DNA of 59,480 nucleotides, filler included, from Bipalium vagum (taxonomy: Eukaryota): assembly GCA_037834085.1 (NCBI GenBank). It is 3 parts of 3 records of this genome, joined end to end, with 100 filler letters (N's around TTAATTAATTAA, not from the genome) between each part and the next. Parts side by side here need not be neighbours in the genome. Positions count along the whole stretch, not along the records: positions 1 to 19,815 come from JBBMKC010267138.1; 2 more parts are not named here. One strand, 5' to 3'. The position numbers and the translations under genes are program-made. Below are positions 1 to 14,200 of this stretch, piece after piece (positions within the stretch are counted from its first letter, which is position 1; every line of letters begins with the position of its first letter). The notes below the pieces were generated by a model. That model worked only from the letters and a program-made list of their open reading frames with translations. It was not told where the DNA came from and did not search any database.

Positions 1-143
1 CAATGACAATTTGAAAGCACTGGTTGAGAGTGATCCACGTACCACTGTTCGAGAAATTAGCCGTAAGGTAGGCGTTTTTAAGCTTTCACGTGTTCCTTTA
101 AAGTTAGATGTTAAAAACCGCCATTTATTTCTTTACAACCTAA
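1..143 (+). mobile_element. Internally deleted mariner fragment with right TIR
   Basis: Translates to DNLKALVESDPRTTVREISRKVGV (mariner second HTH region), then a TIR-like end ...ATTTCTTTACAACCTAA followed by TA. Confidence 0.65.
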
Positions 144-419
144 TAGTTTTCTGAATTCAATAAATTGATGGAAATCATTTTTGCTAGTACATTAGTTATT
201 GAAGATTTTATCTTTGATAAAGAGACCAAAATGTCAAAAAGGGATTATCGATAGGTAAAAAATGGAGACAGAGTATGGAGGATGAGGCAAAATTTCGTAC
301 CATTTCATTTTTGGACTAACCTAACATTATATAAATAAATAAAACTTTTCATTTGAGAATAATAAAATTTGATAATTTTATTTATTATAAATATTTCTAT
401 TGAAAAAATATTTTGTCAG

Positions 420-3364
420 ACTCCTTTGTGGAAAATGATTCTCATGAAGTTATCGATAATTCCATGTCGGAAACTGTGTCTAGTTTTTCCAAAAAAGAAA
501 TAATTAAAATGGAAACAAATCTCGAAAATGCTTCGTTTTTTGAATCAATTTGTCCTTGCACGCTGCTGTGTTTCCCGGCAACAGCTGCTATAACTAATCC
601 GGAGAGAAATCCAATTGTGGACTTTTCCGTAAGGCTTTTCTAAATTTTTATCATCTGCTTATAGGTAACAGAAATAAATTTTAAATTTTTAGAACAATTA
701 TTAAAATATTATATCCAATCAAAAACAAAGCTTTTTCTTGAATATGGAAAAATAATAATATTTATAAAAGGTATTGATATGATATTTTCATTCTATTAGG
801 GATCCATTTTCATCATGAGTTCCTAATCAACAAAACTTCCAAATAAATTTAATTATTAACATATAAACATTATTTTATTAAATATTCCCCATCACTGTCA
901 AATACTCACTACCATATATCTACCAAAGAATGAATGTCATCGGAATTAAATTCAATAATTTTATGATCAATAAACGTTTAAAAGTAATTTCTTATGTCGT
1001 CCAGGCTTTTAACAATTTTTTCTTTAAGAAAGTAAGCCATTGAGTGGAACAGTTGATAATCTGTAGCCGCCATGTCTGGGCTATATGGTAGATGTCGCAA
1101 GACTTCATGACACAGTTTTCTTAATTTCTTTTGTCTTTTTGATGCATGGTATTTAGCATTCTGTTGAATAACTCCTTTTCCTCTAACCAAACTGGATCTT
1201 ATTTTTTGAAGAGTGCAATATAAACTGTTTAATTGTTGGTAGTAACGTCCAGAGACAATAGTTTCGTCACTTTTCAAGAGTTCTCAAGTAATCCCTCAAG
1301 GTTTACGTTGTCCAGTCGATAACTAATGATTGTAATGATCAAGATTAGTGTATTCAACCCAATTTTCTTCGAATACCACAATTCTTTTCCAAACTGGATT
1401 TCGATCATGTCTTATTAGGCTCACATTACACATTGTAACCCGCTAAAATTTTTCTTTGTCCGATAAAACATATGATTCCATCCTCTGACTCAAAATGATT
1501 TTTCCATTTCATCTGTGAATTTTTATCGTTTTCCCTAAGACAATCGAAAATTGTGATCAATTCTTAGTACTTTTTCGGGTTCTCATCAATCAATTGCTTT
1601 AGCTTTTCAATGTCGACAACGGATGGCCTGTTCTCTGGTGATCTTAGTGAGTGTTTCTCAACAGTAAATCTCGACTGTTAAACCTCAATATTCATTTTGT
1701 TAAATGTTCATTTGATTTGAGAAAGTTAGATAACGATATCTTAAATATCCGCAAAATTATTAATTAAAGATATTCTTATGCATTCAATATATTGAATCTC
1801 CTGAATCAATTAGCAACACCTTTTTTATTTCTTAATGATTTTCATTAAATAATTTTATTACCTTACCCAGGCTTCACCATTTTATAAATAAAATTTGTTA
1901 TCTTACCACAGAAAGCCTAAAGTTTATTATTATTATTTCAGATTAACTAATAATAAAATTGATGGAGGAAATATTTCGATGAGGCACAATTAGTTCTTTA
2001 CAATATTAAATTAATGGTTTTTATTAGTTTTATTTTAATAAAAATAGATTGATCAAAACAATATATTTAAAGATTAATAAATTCTTGTAAGACATAAATA
2101 AAGCCTTAATAAAAATAATTTGATTTTGAACCTTGAAGACATTGATCCTTTTTATACCTAATTTTTGATTGAATCATATTTATATTTTTTTCCCAACAAT
2201 TTTATTTCTCCTCTATTATTGAATAGTAAAATCTTTAAATTGATTATATATTTTGTTTTCGAAAAATTCCAAAATATTTTTCAATAATTTTTACTTATTG
2301 ATTTAACTGCCCACAATTGTAAAATATTTTGCATTTCAAAAGTAGAGTATGAATCAATGATAATAAAATTAGCTATAAAACAATTTAGCTGTACAGCATA
2401 AGAATTTGATAAAAATGAAAGATAACTTGTGATACTTTCATTTTAATAAATAAACTATTCATAAAATTTTTTCTGAAACAAAATTAATTCGTTCTTGACA
2501 ATTCAGATAACATTTATATATGTTTGTTTGGCATAAAATTAATTACCGAATTTTTTCAGTAAACAATATTAATCTATATTGTTTTTATTAAATTATGAGT
2601 TGTCTATTAATGTCAAGGATCTGTTGTAATCTTCTAGGAATCATAAAAAACAATACACTTCCTATTTATTTGAAAGCTAGTATTGCGTTTTTTTTCGATA
2701 ATTAAAAGCTAAAATGTATCAAATGAGTATTCTAATTTTCTATACTGAAGTGTTAAAACAAAAGACGAAAAAAAAGAATTTGAAATTAATTTAGTAATTG
2801 AAATTTGAATCCATCAATTATCTTTAGTATTATTTAAACAATGATTTTATTATTATTATTATTATTTAAAATGCAGTTAATTTGGAATTACATGTTTTTA
2901 TGTAAAATCGGCAATTACTTTCCTTCCAACCAAATATTATATTTTGAATCTGTAATTTCTTTATAATGAATTTTCTTAATTTTAATTGACTAAAAAAATA
3001 TTTATCTATGAATTAAATAAAATAATATTTTTGACATATAAACAGATTTGAAGGTTGATAGTGTAAAGGAATTTTTGATCATATTTTCAGACGATAGAAA
3101 TAAAAAATACAATTTTTAATTTTGATTTTTAATTTAAAGTTGATTTGTAATGAGAAAAAATTCTTAAAATCTTAACCTGAAATAAATGTAGTTACATTTT
3201 TTCGTTGTCCCCTTTTTTCTCATTTTTTCATTTTATTAAGATCAATGCAAACAATATCCAAGACATAATCGCCAAATTCTTTAATTTGAACCAGTCAATA
3301 CAATTTCAATGCAAAGAACTCAGAAAAACAATAAGTTTAATAGGGAAATATGGAGGAAATAATA
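420..3364 (+). CDS. Two putative upstream coding exons (420-628, 3241-3364), possibly 5' exons of the RasGEF gene
   Basis: Both are open and AG/GT bounded (tgtcag|...|gtaagg; attaag|...|gtaagt), and phase-compatible with each other. Peptides DSFVENDSHEV...PIVDFS and INANNIQDII...GKYGGNN. No recognisable domain, and the link to 8228 is not resolved. Confidence 0.4.
830..1760 (-). mobile_element. Degenerate mariner (DD34D) transposon
   Basis: ORF 978-1277 has HLPYSPDMAATDYQLFHSM (YSPDLAPSD motif). Upstream frames are broken but include a RTGHP (RSGRP-like) motif. Confidence 0.85.
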
Positions 3365-4316
3365 GTAAGTAATTATTATATCTTATATCAATATCGGGAA
3401 GGAATTTTTGGAATATAAGATTCATTATTTATAAAAAATGTTTGTCAATAATTTTAATAAATCTTAAAATATTTTTTTCAAGTACGTGTTTTTTATCAAT
3501 TGACAATACAATTCGTTTAAAAAATTTTGATTGTGATACATGGTTCGAATTTTTTACTGGTTCTCTATCAATGACCAATATTTGATATTATACATTTTAA
3601 TCAATTAGGCGAGTGTCAATTTTAATTAAAGTATTTTATCAAATTCTTTTTAAAATAATATAGATTCTTTTTGTTTTTTTATTAATGAAATTGAATTATT
3701 CGTTAGACTTTTTTGATTACTTTTGCACTTTGAATTAATAATTTTCGTGTCAGTTTTGAAGTCTTAACTGAAAATGTAGTTTATGTAGATTGTCAAAATT
3801 AAATGCATTCGTTCATGAAGATCTCTGATTTCTTTCCATGGTTTACACGAGGCATTTGCTAAATGAAAACTATTCTTTTGGTAAAAAAATATTCAAATTA
3901 ATTAATTTTTTCAATTTTGATCGGTAAATTGGATAATAAAATCGCAAAATGAAATATCTAATATTCAGAAAACATTTCACAAAATAAACATTCTATGAAA
4001 ATAATTGGAAAACTAATTTTCTTTTACATGACAATTTACATTATCTTCTTGATATTTAGATAATATATTTATCTATCCAGGAATTTGATCCCGTGGTAGA
4101 AATGGATTTTATCTAAGACACTATCAACAAAATTATATTTTATTTTTAAATTTATATAGTATCATAAATTTTAACATTTTTATTGATTAACTTACAAACC
4201 GAAGTAAATATATATATGAAATAATTTTATTCAGTAAAAATGAGTTTTGAAATTGTTTTAACTATAAAATAAACTTAGTAAGTCTATTTTCAATGATAAA
4301 AATTTGATTAATTATA

Positions 4317-5350
4317 CAGTCCTCCAAATAATTCTTGCCGCACCATAAATAATTAAGTCATCTTAATTTATTTAGGAGGTAATAAAATATTTTTATTATG
4401 GTATACTAAAACCAAATAATACTAATGTTTTCTAACAAGCTTCTGATATTTAATCAAAATTTTACTTAATATTAAACGGAATTGTTTAAATATATAGTAT
4501 AAATTCTCATTAATTCTTGTGGCAGTTATTTGAAAGTTTGTTTATTTAGATCTGATACGAAAAATTAAATATTATGAGAATAAATATTAAGGACAAGTGC
4601 CTTTATTTTAAATTTAAATTTTATTTTATACTAAATTATTAAAAAAATATTTACATAGTAACATGCTTAAATTTGATACAATGACAGACACTGACAAAGG
4701 AATGAGTTAGGCGTACAAAAACACTAAGAAATCCATAAGATGGATTGCAAAAGAGCTAGGAAGAAATGAAAGTACCGTCAGGTACTATTTGAGAACAAGA
4801 AACGATCAATAGAAAGACGTGAGCCGAAACCAAGAATTTCTGAACCAACGAAGCGCTTGATTGTGAGAAATGCTAGTAACAAAAGTACATCTGAATTGAA
4901 CGGATGGCTATATTTATTATTGGCACGATTTGCGAGAGGAGATATCTTTTTCTAAAAGACACACAGGTGGAGGAGGAGGCTCGCTAATGATTTGAGGTTT
5001 TTTCAGTTATCATAGGAAATCATGTCTGGCGATAATCAATGGCAACCAAAATCATTATGAGTATGAAAGGCAGAACATCTCCGATTTTTGAAGGAAATGT
5101 AATTTTTCAACAAGATACTTGCAGAAGCAATATTGCGCGCTCCACTTTGCAATGGTTACAAGACATAAACTTAGAAATTAAGTCTTGACCACCTTATTTA
5201 CCGGACTTAAATCCGACCGAGAATTTATGGGGGTCTATGCTGAAGAGAAACAATACCAATCATTAGAGAAGCTGAAAAGTTCTATAATTCGTTGTTGGAA
5301 CGAAATCGATAACAGGGTATTTCAAGCACTAGTAAATTCTATGCCTATAT
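4317..5350 (+). mobile_element. Degenerate Tc1/Tc3-like transposon
   Basis: TA|CAGT left end at 4317. Broken-frame motifs DGYIYYWHDLR, GGGSLMI*G, IFQQD and PDLNPTENLWG. No right TIR found. Confidence 0.8.
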
Positions 5351-5359
5351 TGACTTTCT

Positions 5360-6101
5360 CAAAGGCACCTCATAAAATACCCCTTTAAAATATAAATTTA
5401 TTAATTAATTAAATAATACATTTTAATTAACCCTTTATAAAGTCATTGAAAAATTTTCCCTAAATTTGGTTTTAACGTAATTAAAACCTATCAAAAATAA
5501 TTAAAATATTACTGAGAAGTTTTTAAAGGGTAATTAAGGGAAGATTTTTGGAGAAAATGGGGAAACGAAGCAATCCTCAAAATGATTATCAAAGAGCAAA
5601 TTTGGAGGGTGCTCGTCTCCAAACTGATTAGTTTAGAATAAGTATTTAAGGAGAATCATTTCCTCACAATTTTACTCCTGAAGAAGCGTACAAAATAGGA
5701 TTATTGTATAATATTATTCAATTCGCAAGAAGAAGATTATTTAATTAGAAGAAGATTATTATTTATTCGATTCGAGAAGAAGATTATTGTTATTAGGTTA
5801 GCAAGGAGAAGATTTTTGATTAATAAGAAGATTATCATATATTATTTGCAACAAGTATTTTTATTGCATTTTTACAGTACTGAGATTATGCTTGAATTCC
5901 CCATCAGAGTTTTGGTTTTGATTAACTTTTGGTTAATTTTTGACAATTATTATTTCTGATGATCATTTTATTGAATTGACGATTTTGTGTTATTGTTATC
6001 GTAGTAGTTTGTACGAACCATTGTAATACAAATTATATTGCTTTACTGATTGTTATTATTTTGCACCAACTAAGAGTCAGAGTCAGGTTAAAGTTGATAC
6101 A
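5360..6101 (+). repeat. LTR-like / unclassified repeat with internal AGAAGAAGATTATT reiterations
   Basis: Replaces the Tc3-like 3' end. Contains a TATA-like TATTTAAGG (about 5643), several AGAAG(AAG)ATT(A/T)TT copies (5727-5836), and ends ...GTTGATACA before a (TA)n run. Confidence 0.35.
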
Positions 6102-8227
6102 CTAAATATTATATATATAAATATATATATATATATAATTATTTTTCTGTTCGTATTATAGTTTCTTCAAGTTCGGCAATAAATTATTGTAACTTTTAAG
6201 ATGCCTATTTACTTTTTTCTTTATTTACTTAGATAGAATTATATATAAATTTATAATAATAATATGATGCCTATAAACATTATCTTTTTACTTTTTTATA
6301 CTTTTGTTAACTTTGATACTGTAAATATACAAAAATGTGATATTTAAGTGTTACAAGAATTATTGGGAGGGGACGTATTTCTTATTTGCTCGTTTTTTTC
6401 AATTTCTCTTTATGAAATTTATAATAAAATTCAATTAATTAATTTTTTTGAACGTTTAGCAAAAAAAATCAAGACCCAATATTTCCATGACCAAAATGAT
6501 TTACAAGCCAGACTTGAATTACTTTTTATTAATCAAATGGAATTAGAAGTGAGATATTTTTTAATTGGTGGTTTTTATTTACAATCATTGAACTTTATAT
6601 TTATGTTTTTAATGCGTTTAGATTTTAACAATAATAATAATTAAAATAATAATAAAAATAATAATAATGAAAATAAAAAAAAATTAATAATAATAATAAA
6701 ATAAGAAAGCAATGAAGCATGAAATTCTAACATGTGGTGCAGTATAGAATAGCATAAAATGTTCGTAAAAATACTTTGAATTTGTGCTTTTGTAATAAAA
6801 ACAATATCAGACAGAAAAATCATTAAAATTACGTAAAACTGAAATATTATCATTCAGTAATAAAAATAAGGAAAGGTTTTATAAACAATGTTATATCTTC
6901 TGAATTAATATATCTATCTTTTATAAAGTTAATTATTGTTTCAGTTCAGAATAAAACTTTTAATAAAAAAAACTTGAAAAACTTGTTAGATTTTGGAAAT
7001 TTTAGTTGTCTATTGCAAATTCTAAACAATTGTTATCTGAGTTGATATTCGAAAATAGTTTAATAATAAAATACGTCTAAATAAAATAAAATATTTATTG
7101 AAATCCAAGAGTTTTCTTGAATTTGTCAAATGCAGAATAATCTTATATATGAAGAGTTTGGAAATTAGTCTCATCCTAAAGTCATTTATTACCAGTGTAA
7201 TATTTCACCTGATAAGAAGAGCGCTTTCTTTAAAATTGTAAGATTTTTTAGCAGCAGTATCAATTTTTATCCCATGATTGAATTTCTTGTTTAAATCCAC
7301 ATATCACTTAATTTTAATTTGGGATTTTATTTATTATAAAAATTATTATCATAATTATTTATGAAAATCTTAACATGTGGATTATTAAAATAAAAAATTA
7401 TTCATAAATGACAGTTTTAGAATGTTTGTTTTTATTTTTACCATATTTTAATTAATCAATAAATTTTTAATCAATTTCGTAAATTTTTTGATGAAAGATT
7501 GGTTTTATATTTTTAATTTTTAATTTTGTTAAACAAAAGAACGGGCTGAATCTGGAAATATTTTTTTTAATAAATATTATTCCGAACTGTAATGGGAAAA
7601 TATTGCTATATTTTTGAAAATTGTTTTTTTTATTATAAGTTGCGTTGAACGATTTCCATTAAATATTTAGACTGAATATTAGACGATTTATACATCTAAG
7701 GTCTACTATTGATAATCTCTCATTTGTTTGCAAAAAATCAATCTTTCTCTAATTTTATTTAATTTTGAAATTATTCGCTTCACAGTTACCTTTAATACGA
7801 TATTCATCATATAAAATATTGTTATCGACAAGACAAGTGAGGATATTTTCATTCGCATCAAGTTGACGATTTTCCATTTAATTCGAAACTAAAAAATCTC
7901 CTCAGATTACTGAATTGTATTTTTTTTATTTTATTAATTTTATCTCAAATGAAAAATTTCGTGGGATTCACAATTGATTTATGTATATCTAGTTTTTAAA
8001 TTTTTTAAAATTAATATATATTGGCAAATTTTTCCTTGATCGATTGTAAATGTATTATATAAATGTTTTAAATGAATTGAAAAAAAACTACTTTTAATGT
8101 AAAAATGAAATATTTTTTCTCTAATGACCAATCGATTAAAATATTGTGCACTGAGAAAAACAGGAGGAAATTAAATAAAAATCATTAAAATAAATGGAAT
8201 TTATTTTATATTTTATTAAAAATTTAG

Positions 8228-11200
8228 AGTCTTATTGTTGAATATTATTCAACTAATATTGAGATCATACTGCAAGAGATCAAGTCTCATTGCTCGATCA
8301 AAGCAATTCGATTTTCCAATGAGGTCAGAAACTTTCGTAATCTGCAGTTGGTTGAACCCTATGCCTTGGTCACTTGTCTTTTCAGCAAGTAATAATTTCC
8401 TATTTTTTGATTTTTATTTTATTGATTTTTTATATTTTTATTTTCAATTAATAAATAGAAATATTTAATAATATTTATACAATATTCTTCTTATAATTAT
8501 TTTTATTTTTTATTTAATAAGTCAAATTTTGATTTTACTCAATATAAATATTTAATAATATTGATTAAAGAATTAATAAATAGTTTTACAAAATGTAAAT
8601 AAATCTGTGTAATTGATAAAAATTGAAATTTTAATTTTTTGTTGAAAATTATTTAGAAGCACAAATGTTTAATTCCCTGTGCAAGAATCACTTAAAAAGA
8701 AATTAAACAGATAAGGTTTAAAAATAAAATAAGAACATGGTGAAAACCGTATTTAATAAATCATTAAAATTTTCTTTATAATTAATTTTCATTTATATAT
8801 ATGATGATATAAAATAAGAAACAATTTTTATTGATATCAATACTAAATATTTAATTTTATGATATTTACTTATTAAATTCATAGAATTCATTATCATTTT
8901 TTAAAGGTAATTATTGAAATAGAAACTGATTTTATAATACAAGGATTATATGTTAAGTTTTTACTGAATTAATAAAAATAATACTCAAAAATTTAATAAT
9001 AATTAACTAAACGTTTTAATGATAAATTTTTAGGTATATTGATTATTGGGTTGAGGAATAAGTTCGTGTCGTTTATTTTTGAATTGTTATAAATCTCTAA
9101 TTATTTGTTTTAAAAGTTATCTTTCTCTTAGTAGACTCATATTATTAGGTTGTAACAAAATTTTTCATGAATTTTTACAATATATAAAATGAAGAAATTA
9201 AAACAGTTTATTTAAGAATAATATTGAAAATCATTTGGTAACATAATTTCTGTCATTGTTTAGGACTTTCTCCCATCTTTCCACCAATTTATCGAAACCT
9301 TTATTTTAGAAATTGCTAGATTTACTCTGAAAGAAATTTGTGTTCCAAATTTAAAGATCATCCTCGTTCTGAAAAGTAATACCTTTCATTTGGTTTGATA
9401 GCGAGCGGAAAAGAAAAAAAATCAGTTGGCGCAAAATCCGGAGAATACGTAGGGTGTGTAAGAACCTCCTAATCGAGCTCTTGGTAATATTTGCTGTTTG
9501 TGACTTGGGTTTATCATGGAGAAGAATCACTTTGGATCCTTTATATTTGTATTTCACATTAATAATATCGTTTATTCGACGCAATTAGTTTATGTATAGA
9601 AGCTTGTCGACTATCTTACCTTTTGGGACCATTCCCCTGTGTAACAGACCATCCTAATTCAACAAAACACATATCTTTTTTATGCAATTCTGGTTTAATT
9701 CTGGACATACCTGTGCAACCAGGAGCCACCCACTCCTTCTTATACTTTAAGTTTGTATACAAACACCATTTTGCATCCCCTGTTATGATTCATTCAAGAA
9801 AAACGCTCTTTGTAGCCGGGTGTTGCTCGGTGTCTGGCAAGATTTTGAGCAGAAATTTTTTAACGACTTTTTCTGATTTTTTCATTGAGCTGATATGGTA
9901 CACATGAATCAATTTTTTAACAATAACCATTTGATTTTAGGCAGCGGAAGACTGTCATTGGATTGTTGTTCATATTTTGTGACAACTCCCTGCATTTTTC
10001 ACCACAGCCCACTTACACCAATCTGATCAATTGGTTATCGTTGAAATGGGATGGACAACTGGTATGTGGCGTGTTTTGAAGGTCAAATGTGTAATTTTCA
10101 AATTTATTATACCAGTATTTTACAGTTGTCCAGGCCAGAACATTTTTTCCGTACACACTGAAAATTTCCTTGATAGTTTCTGCTATTTTGTTACCGCGAT
10201 TAAAATAAAATAATAATAGGTGTCGAAAATGGTGCTTTTGATCATCAATTTAGCATTTCATTTCAAACCTTTGGATTTTTAAAAAAATTAAATTATATAT
10301 CAAAATATTTACTATAATTTTGTTAATAAGTAAAATAGATTTTAAATAAATGTATTTACTAACAAATAAATATAATCTGGTTAAACAAAAATTTTAATAC
10401 ATTACATTCATGAAAAATTATGTTACAACCTAGTATATTTCAATTTTTTCACAATTTTTAATATTTTCGATACTACATTCTTTAATGAGGTATCTTGGGA
10501 TATTTGTCTCAGCAGAAATTTGGTCTCAATATTAATTTATATCTGCTTAAAGCAGAACAGAAATGAGTTTATTGTAAAACATTAATGGAATGGCTAATTT
10601 TCAGGGGTGCTGTCACGTCAGGATTATTGTATGATTTTCTGTTGATCTACCGACAATTTTACACTGCTGTTGAGTTTGTCGGCGTACTGTCCACAGTTTT
10701 TGTCAATCTTCAACGGAGACTTATCCATCATCAACGACAACTGAACAACGCTAAATTTCGCTTATTGTTTATTATTTTGTGCTGGATCGATGGTTTCTAT
10801 AAAATTGATTTCACTGATCTCGTATGCTCTAAAGTAATGAGTATGGTGAAAAATAATGTAATTTATTCTTCTTTTTAAATTTGAATAATTTTTTTATTGA
10901 TTTTTTAATTTTTACAGTTAATATGTCACATAAAAAATTGTAACGAAATTGTTGAGAAAACTTTTACAGAGGCCAAAAAAAGTGAAACTGTTTCTCCGTT
11001 ACTATTTCAATTTGTATCTCTGAAAAACGGCAACTTTTCGGTATATTTTTAAAATTAATTTTAATTTTTTATTTAGAAATTTTTTAATCAAATATATTGA
11101 GGTTTATAAAATTCAAATTCTAAAATACGCATCTTAGATCTTTTTAAAATGATTATTTATTTTTATAAAACATTTTTAAAAAAGAAATTTCGATACTGTG

Positions 11201-14200
11201 TTTTCATTTTTATATTGATAATCAGTTATTTTAACTATAATTATTATTTGTGATGGGTGCCGAAAATGTTTGTGTTTGTAATATAATATAAGCTAATATA
11301 AAATTTTGAGACAATTCTGGTGGTATTTTAGCTGCCTCCAATTAATAATATCTCTAAAGTCTGTTGGTTTTCTTCTATATACCTGTGTCTCCAAATGTCC
11401 AGAAAGGGAAATATCAAGTGGTATCAAGAAATATCAAAAAATCTTTCTATTCATTATTCAAGTAGAAATACTATTTTAGATTTAATTCTGCTTCTTAATT
11501 GTTCTCTATTTACATTCCTGTAAAAGAAAAAAAGACTATAATAACGGCAATAATTACAATAACAAACAAATAACAATAATAACAAATAATTTTTGGAAAC
11601 AGCGAGACTGTGGTATAATTTCTTTAGGAGGTCCAGTGCTCTAAATTCGACAATTGTGCCTGTTGATTTATCTATTTATGAAAATGTTGCTTCATCAGTG
11701 ACAATCAGATTTTGAAAAAAAGATGGATTATTGTTGATTTCATTAAATAGACTTCTGCACATTGCAATTCTTTCATCATAGTCTTTGTCGTGTAACTTTT
11801 GGATAATTTTGATCTTGTATGGATAAAGTTCTTATCGTACAACATTTTGCACAGATTTAAAATTACATCAAACTTTCTTAGCAGCAATTCGTTGCGATAT
11901 CTCAAATGTTTCTTCATAAACCTAACTTATTTCGTATATTTTGTCATCTCCAATTGATGATCTTTCAGACTTCCAAAGATCACAAACACCTCCAGTCTAT
12001 TTGAATTTTTCAAATATCTTCCTCATTGTTCTTGGTGTAGGTATCTTTTTCCAGTTCAATTGTTCTAAATGTCGTCTGTCTAATGTAATCTCTTCCTCTG
12101 ACTTCTCTTTCTTCAATGGCGAACATTGAAAATACCGTTATTAAATTCGAATTATTAAACCAATTAAGTACTTAAATTAAATTTCGGAAATTCTGTTTTT
12201 TTAGAAAAATGTTAATTGAATGTATTAAATTATATGTATTAGATAGTTGAATTATTTCTGGCTGTTTTTTTCATTCAACGATAATTTAAATCAATTGGCA
12301 AGATTTGTAAAGTATTAATATTTAAATTTTAACATAATGGTATACTATTTAGTTAATTGGTATAAAGCAAACGAAAACCGTTACATTTAATATAACCAGT
12401 TTTCTTTCAAAAAATACATTTGCGAAATGTTTTGCTTTTTCGTTTTCATCTCAAAAGAAGTGCTGCAGAAATCTAGAATGGTCTCAGAAACTCATGCCAA
12501 CCATACTATCCTTGAAACATGTTGTTGAAATTGGTTTAATTTGCACAATAACACCGCCCTGATTAACAAAAGGACTTTTCAGATGAAGATTTGAAAAATT
12601 TGTTGACCAAAGGTTGATCCCAAATAGAATAGTTTAACAAATAGTGCTCAAATATTATTATGATTAGATTTAATATTACTAATTTTCTAAATGATGCAGA
12701 ACTTATGCCCCAACCTAATATATTTCTGAGTTCCAAAATACACGCACTGTATTGCTAAAAATTGTACAATATTTCACTGACTCATTTGAAATTATTATTA
12801 TTATTTATTATTATTTTGCAATACCTTAGTACCTATTTAATTTTGAATTATCAACTGTTTTACTTCTCCATTCTAAGATATACTTGAAATAGTTTTAAGC
12901 TAATTGACATTATGGAATTTTCAAAATATTGAATTTATAAGGATGGTAATCATAATCTGGGATTTAATATTTTTTAATTTTAAAGATTCGGTTTAAACAT
13001 AACTTTTCGTAATTTTGAATAATATATATTTATAAGCAATAAAACATGCTTAGTATTTTATTTACAAATAATGATCAAAAGTTAATTGATGACATCTTTT
13101 TTGTTTTTACTTAGAATCTCATCTATCTTTCCACTAATTTTTCTAAACTTTATTTCATAAACAGCTAGATCCACTCAGAAACAAACTGGTCAACCATTTT
13201 AGAGGTCATCCTTCTTAAAAGTGATGCCTTTCAGTTGGTTAGACAGCGATTGGAAAAGATAGAAATTTATTGAGGAGAGTCCTAGAGAATTTGGAGGATG
13301 TTGAAGAACAATCAAGTCGAGTTCCTAAATGGTTTTTCGGAAGATATTTGCTATATGCAGTTTCTCGTTATTGTGAGGGAGAATGACTTTGGCTCGTTTT
13401 GCATTTCTTTCCTCTTTCATAATTTCGTTTATTTAACGCAATTGATTTATGTATCATGAGATATGTGCTTGTTGACTGTGTGGTTTTCCAGAATCATTTC
13501 TAAATGTATGAGACTGACCCATTTCCACAAAACAAAGATCATGATTGTCTTGCGATGAAAATCTTTTATAATTCTGGATATTGTTGCACAAGATCTAACC
13601 AACCACTCCTTTCTGTATTTCAAGTTTGTATACAAACACCATTTCTCATCTCCTTTGATGATTCGTTAAGGAAACCATTTCTTATTACTTTGTGTAGGGC
13701 GTTGTCTGGAAAGATTTTGAACTCCAATTTTAAAACGACTTACTTTGAGTTATTCGTTTAGTTGATATGACGCACAAGCATCACATCAATAGTTATATTC
13801 ATTTGATTTTAGGTGGCGAAAAATTAGGTGTGTGGATTGCTTTTTATACACCGAGATAAATTTCTGCATGTTTCACAGCCGTTCTTTTTCATGATTGCGA
13901 TCAGCTGGTCATAATTGAAATCTGATTATTGACCAGTATATGGAATATCTAAAAGACTGAATTTTTCGAATTTAAGTCTCAATACAATTTCAGAAAATTT
14001 TTTTTTCAGAAAATTTAAATTATATAAATTATGTATTAAATTGATAATTATTAAAGTTAGTAAGTTTAACTTTAATTTTATTTTTTTCTAAAAATGAAAA
14101 TTTCTGATATCATAATGAATTTATTATAATTTAATTTATTTAACTTTAAAACGTAAGCAAACTATATTTTGATCAGAGAGTCAATTTGATACCGAATGTT

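Noticed and set aside
6348-6853. ORFs 6348-6644 (+) and 6641-6853 (-)
   Set aside because: Low-complexity F/L/I/N-rich chance ORFs in AT-rich DNA, with no motifs or convincing splice context.
7100-7920. Several short AG/GT-bounded candidate exons upstream of the RasGEF (e.g. 7169-7237, 7540-7588, 7786-7836)
   Set aside because: No single phase-consistent chain could be built. RNA-seq is needed, and a DH-domain assignment is unsupported.
8235-8468. ORF-track 77-aa peptide MLNIIQL...
   Set aside because: Wrong frame. Only the frame SLIVEYYSTN...CLFS splices in phase into the REM exon at 10605.
9047-12718. TIR-like sequence at 9047 pairing with the TIR at 12690-12718 as a composite transposon capturing REM exons
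   Set aside because: The 12718 end has its own nearer partner at 12239, and the enclosed exons splice normally with flanking exons. More likely independent remnants.
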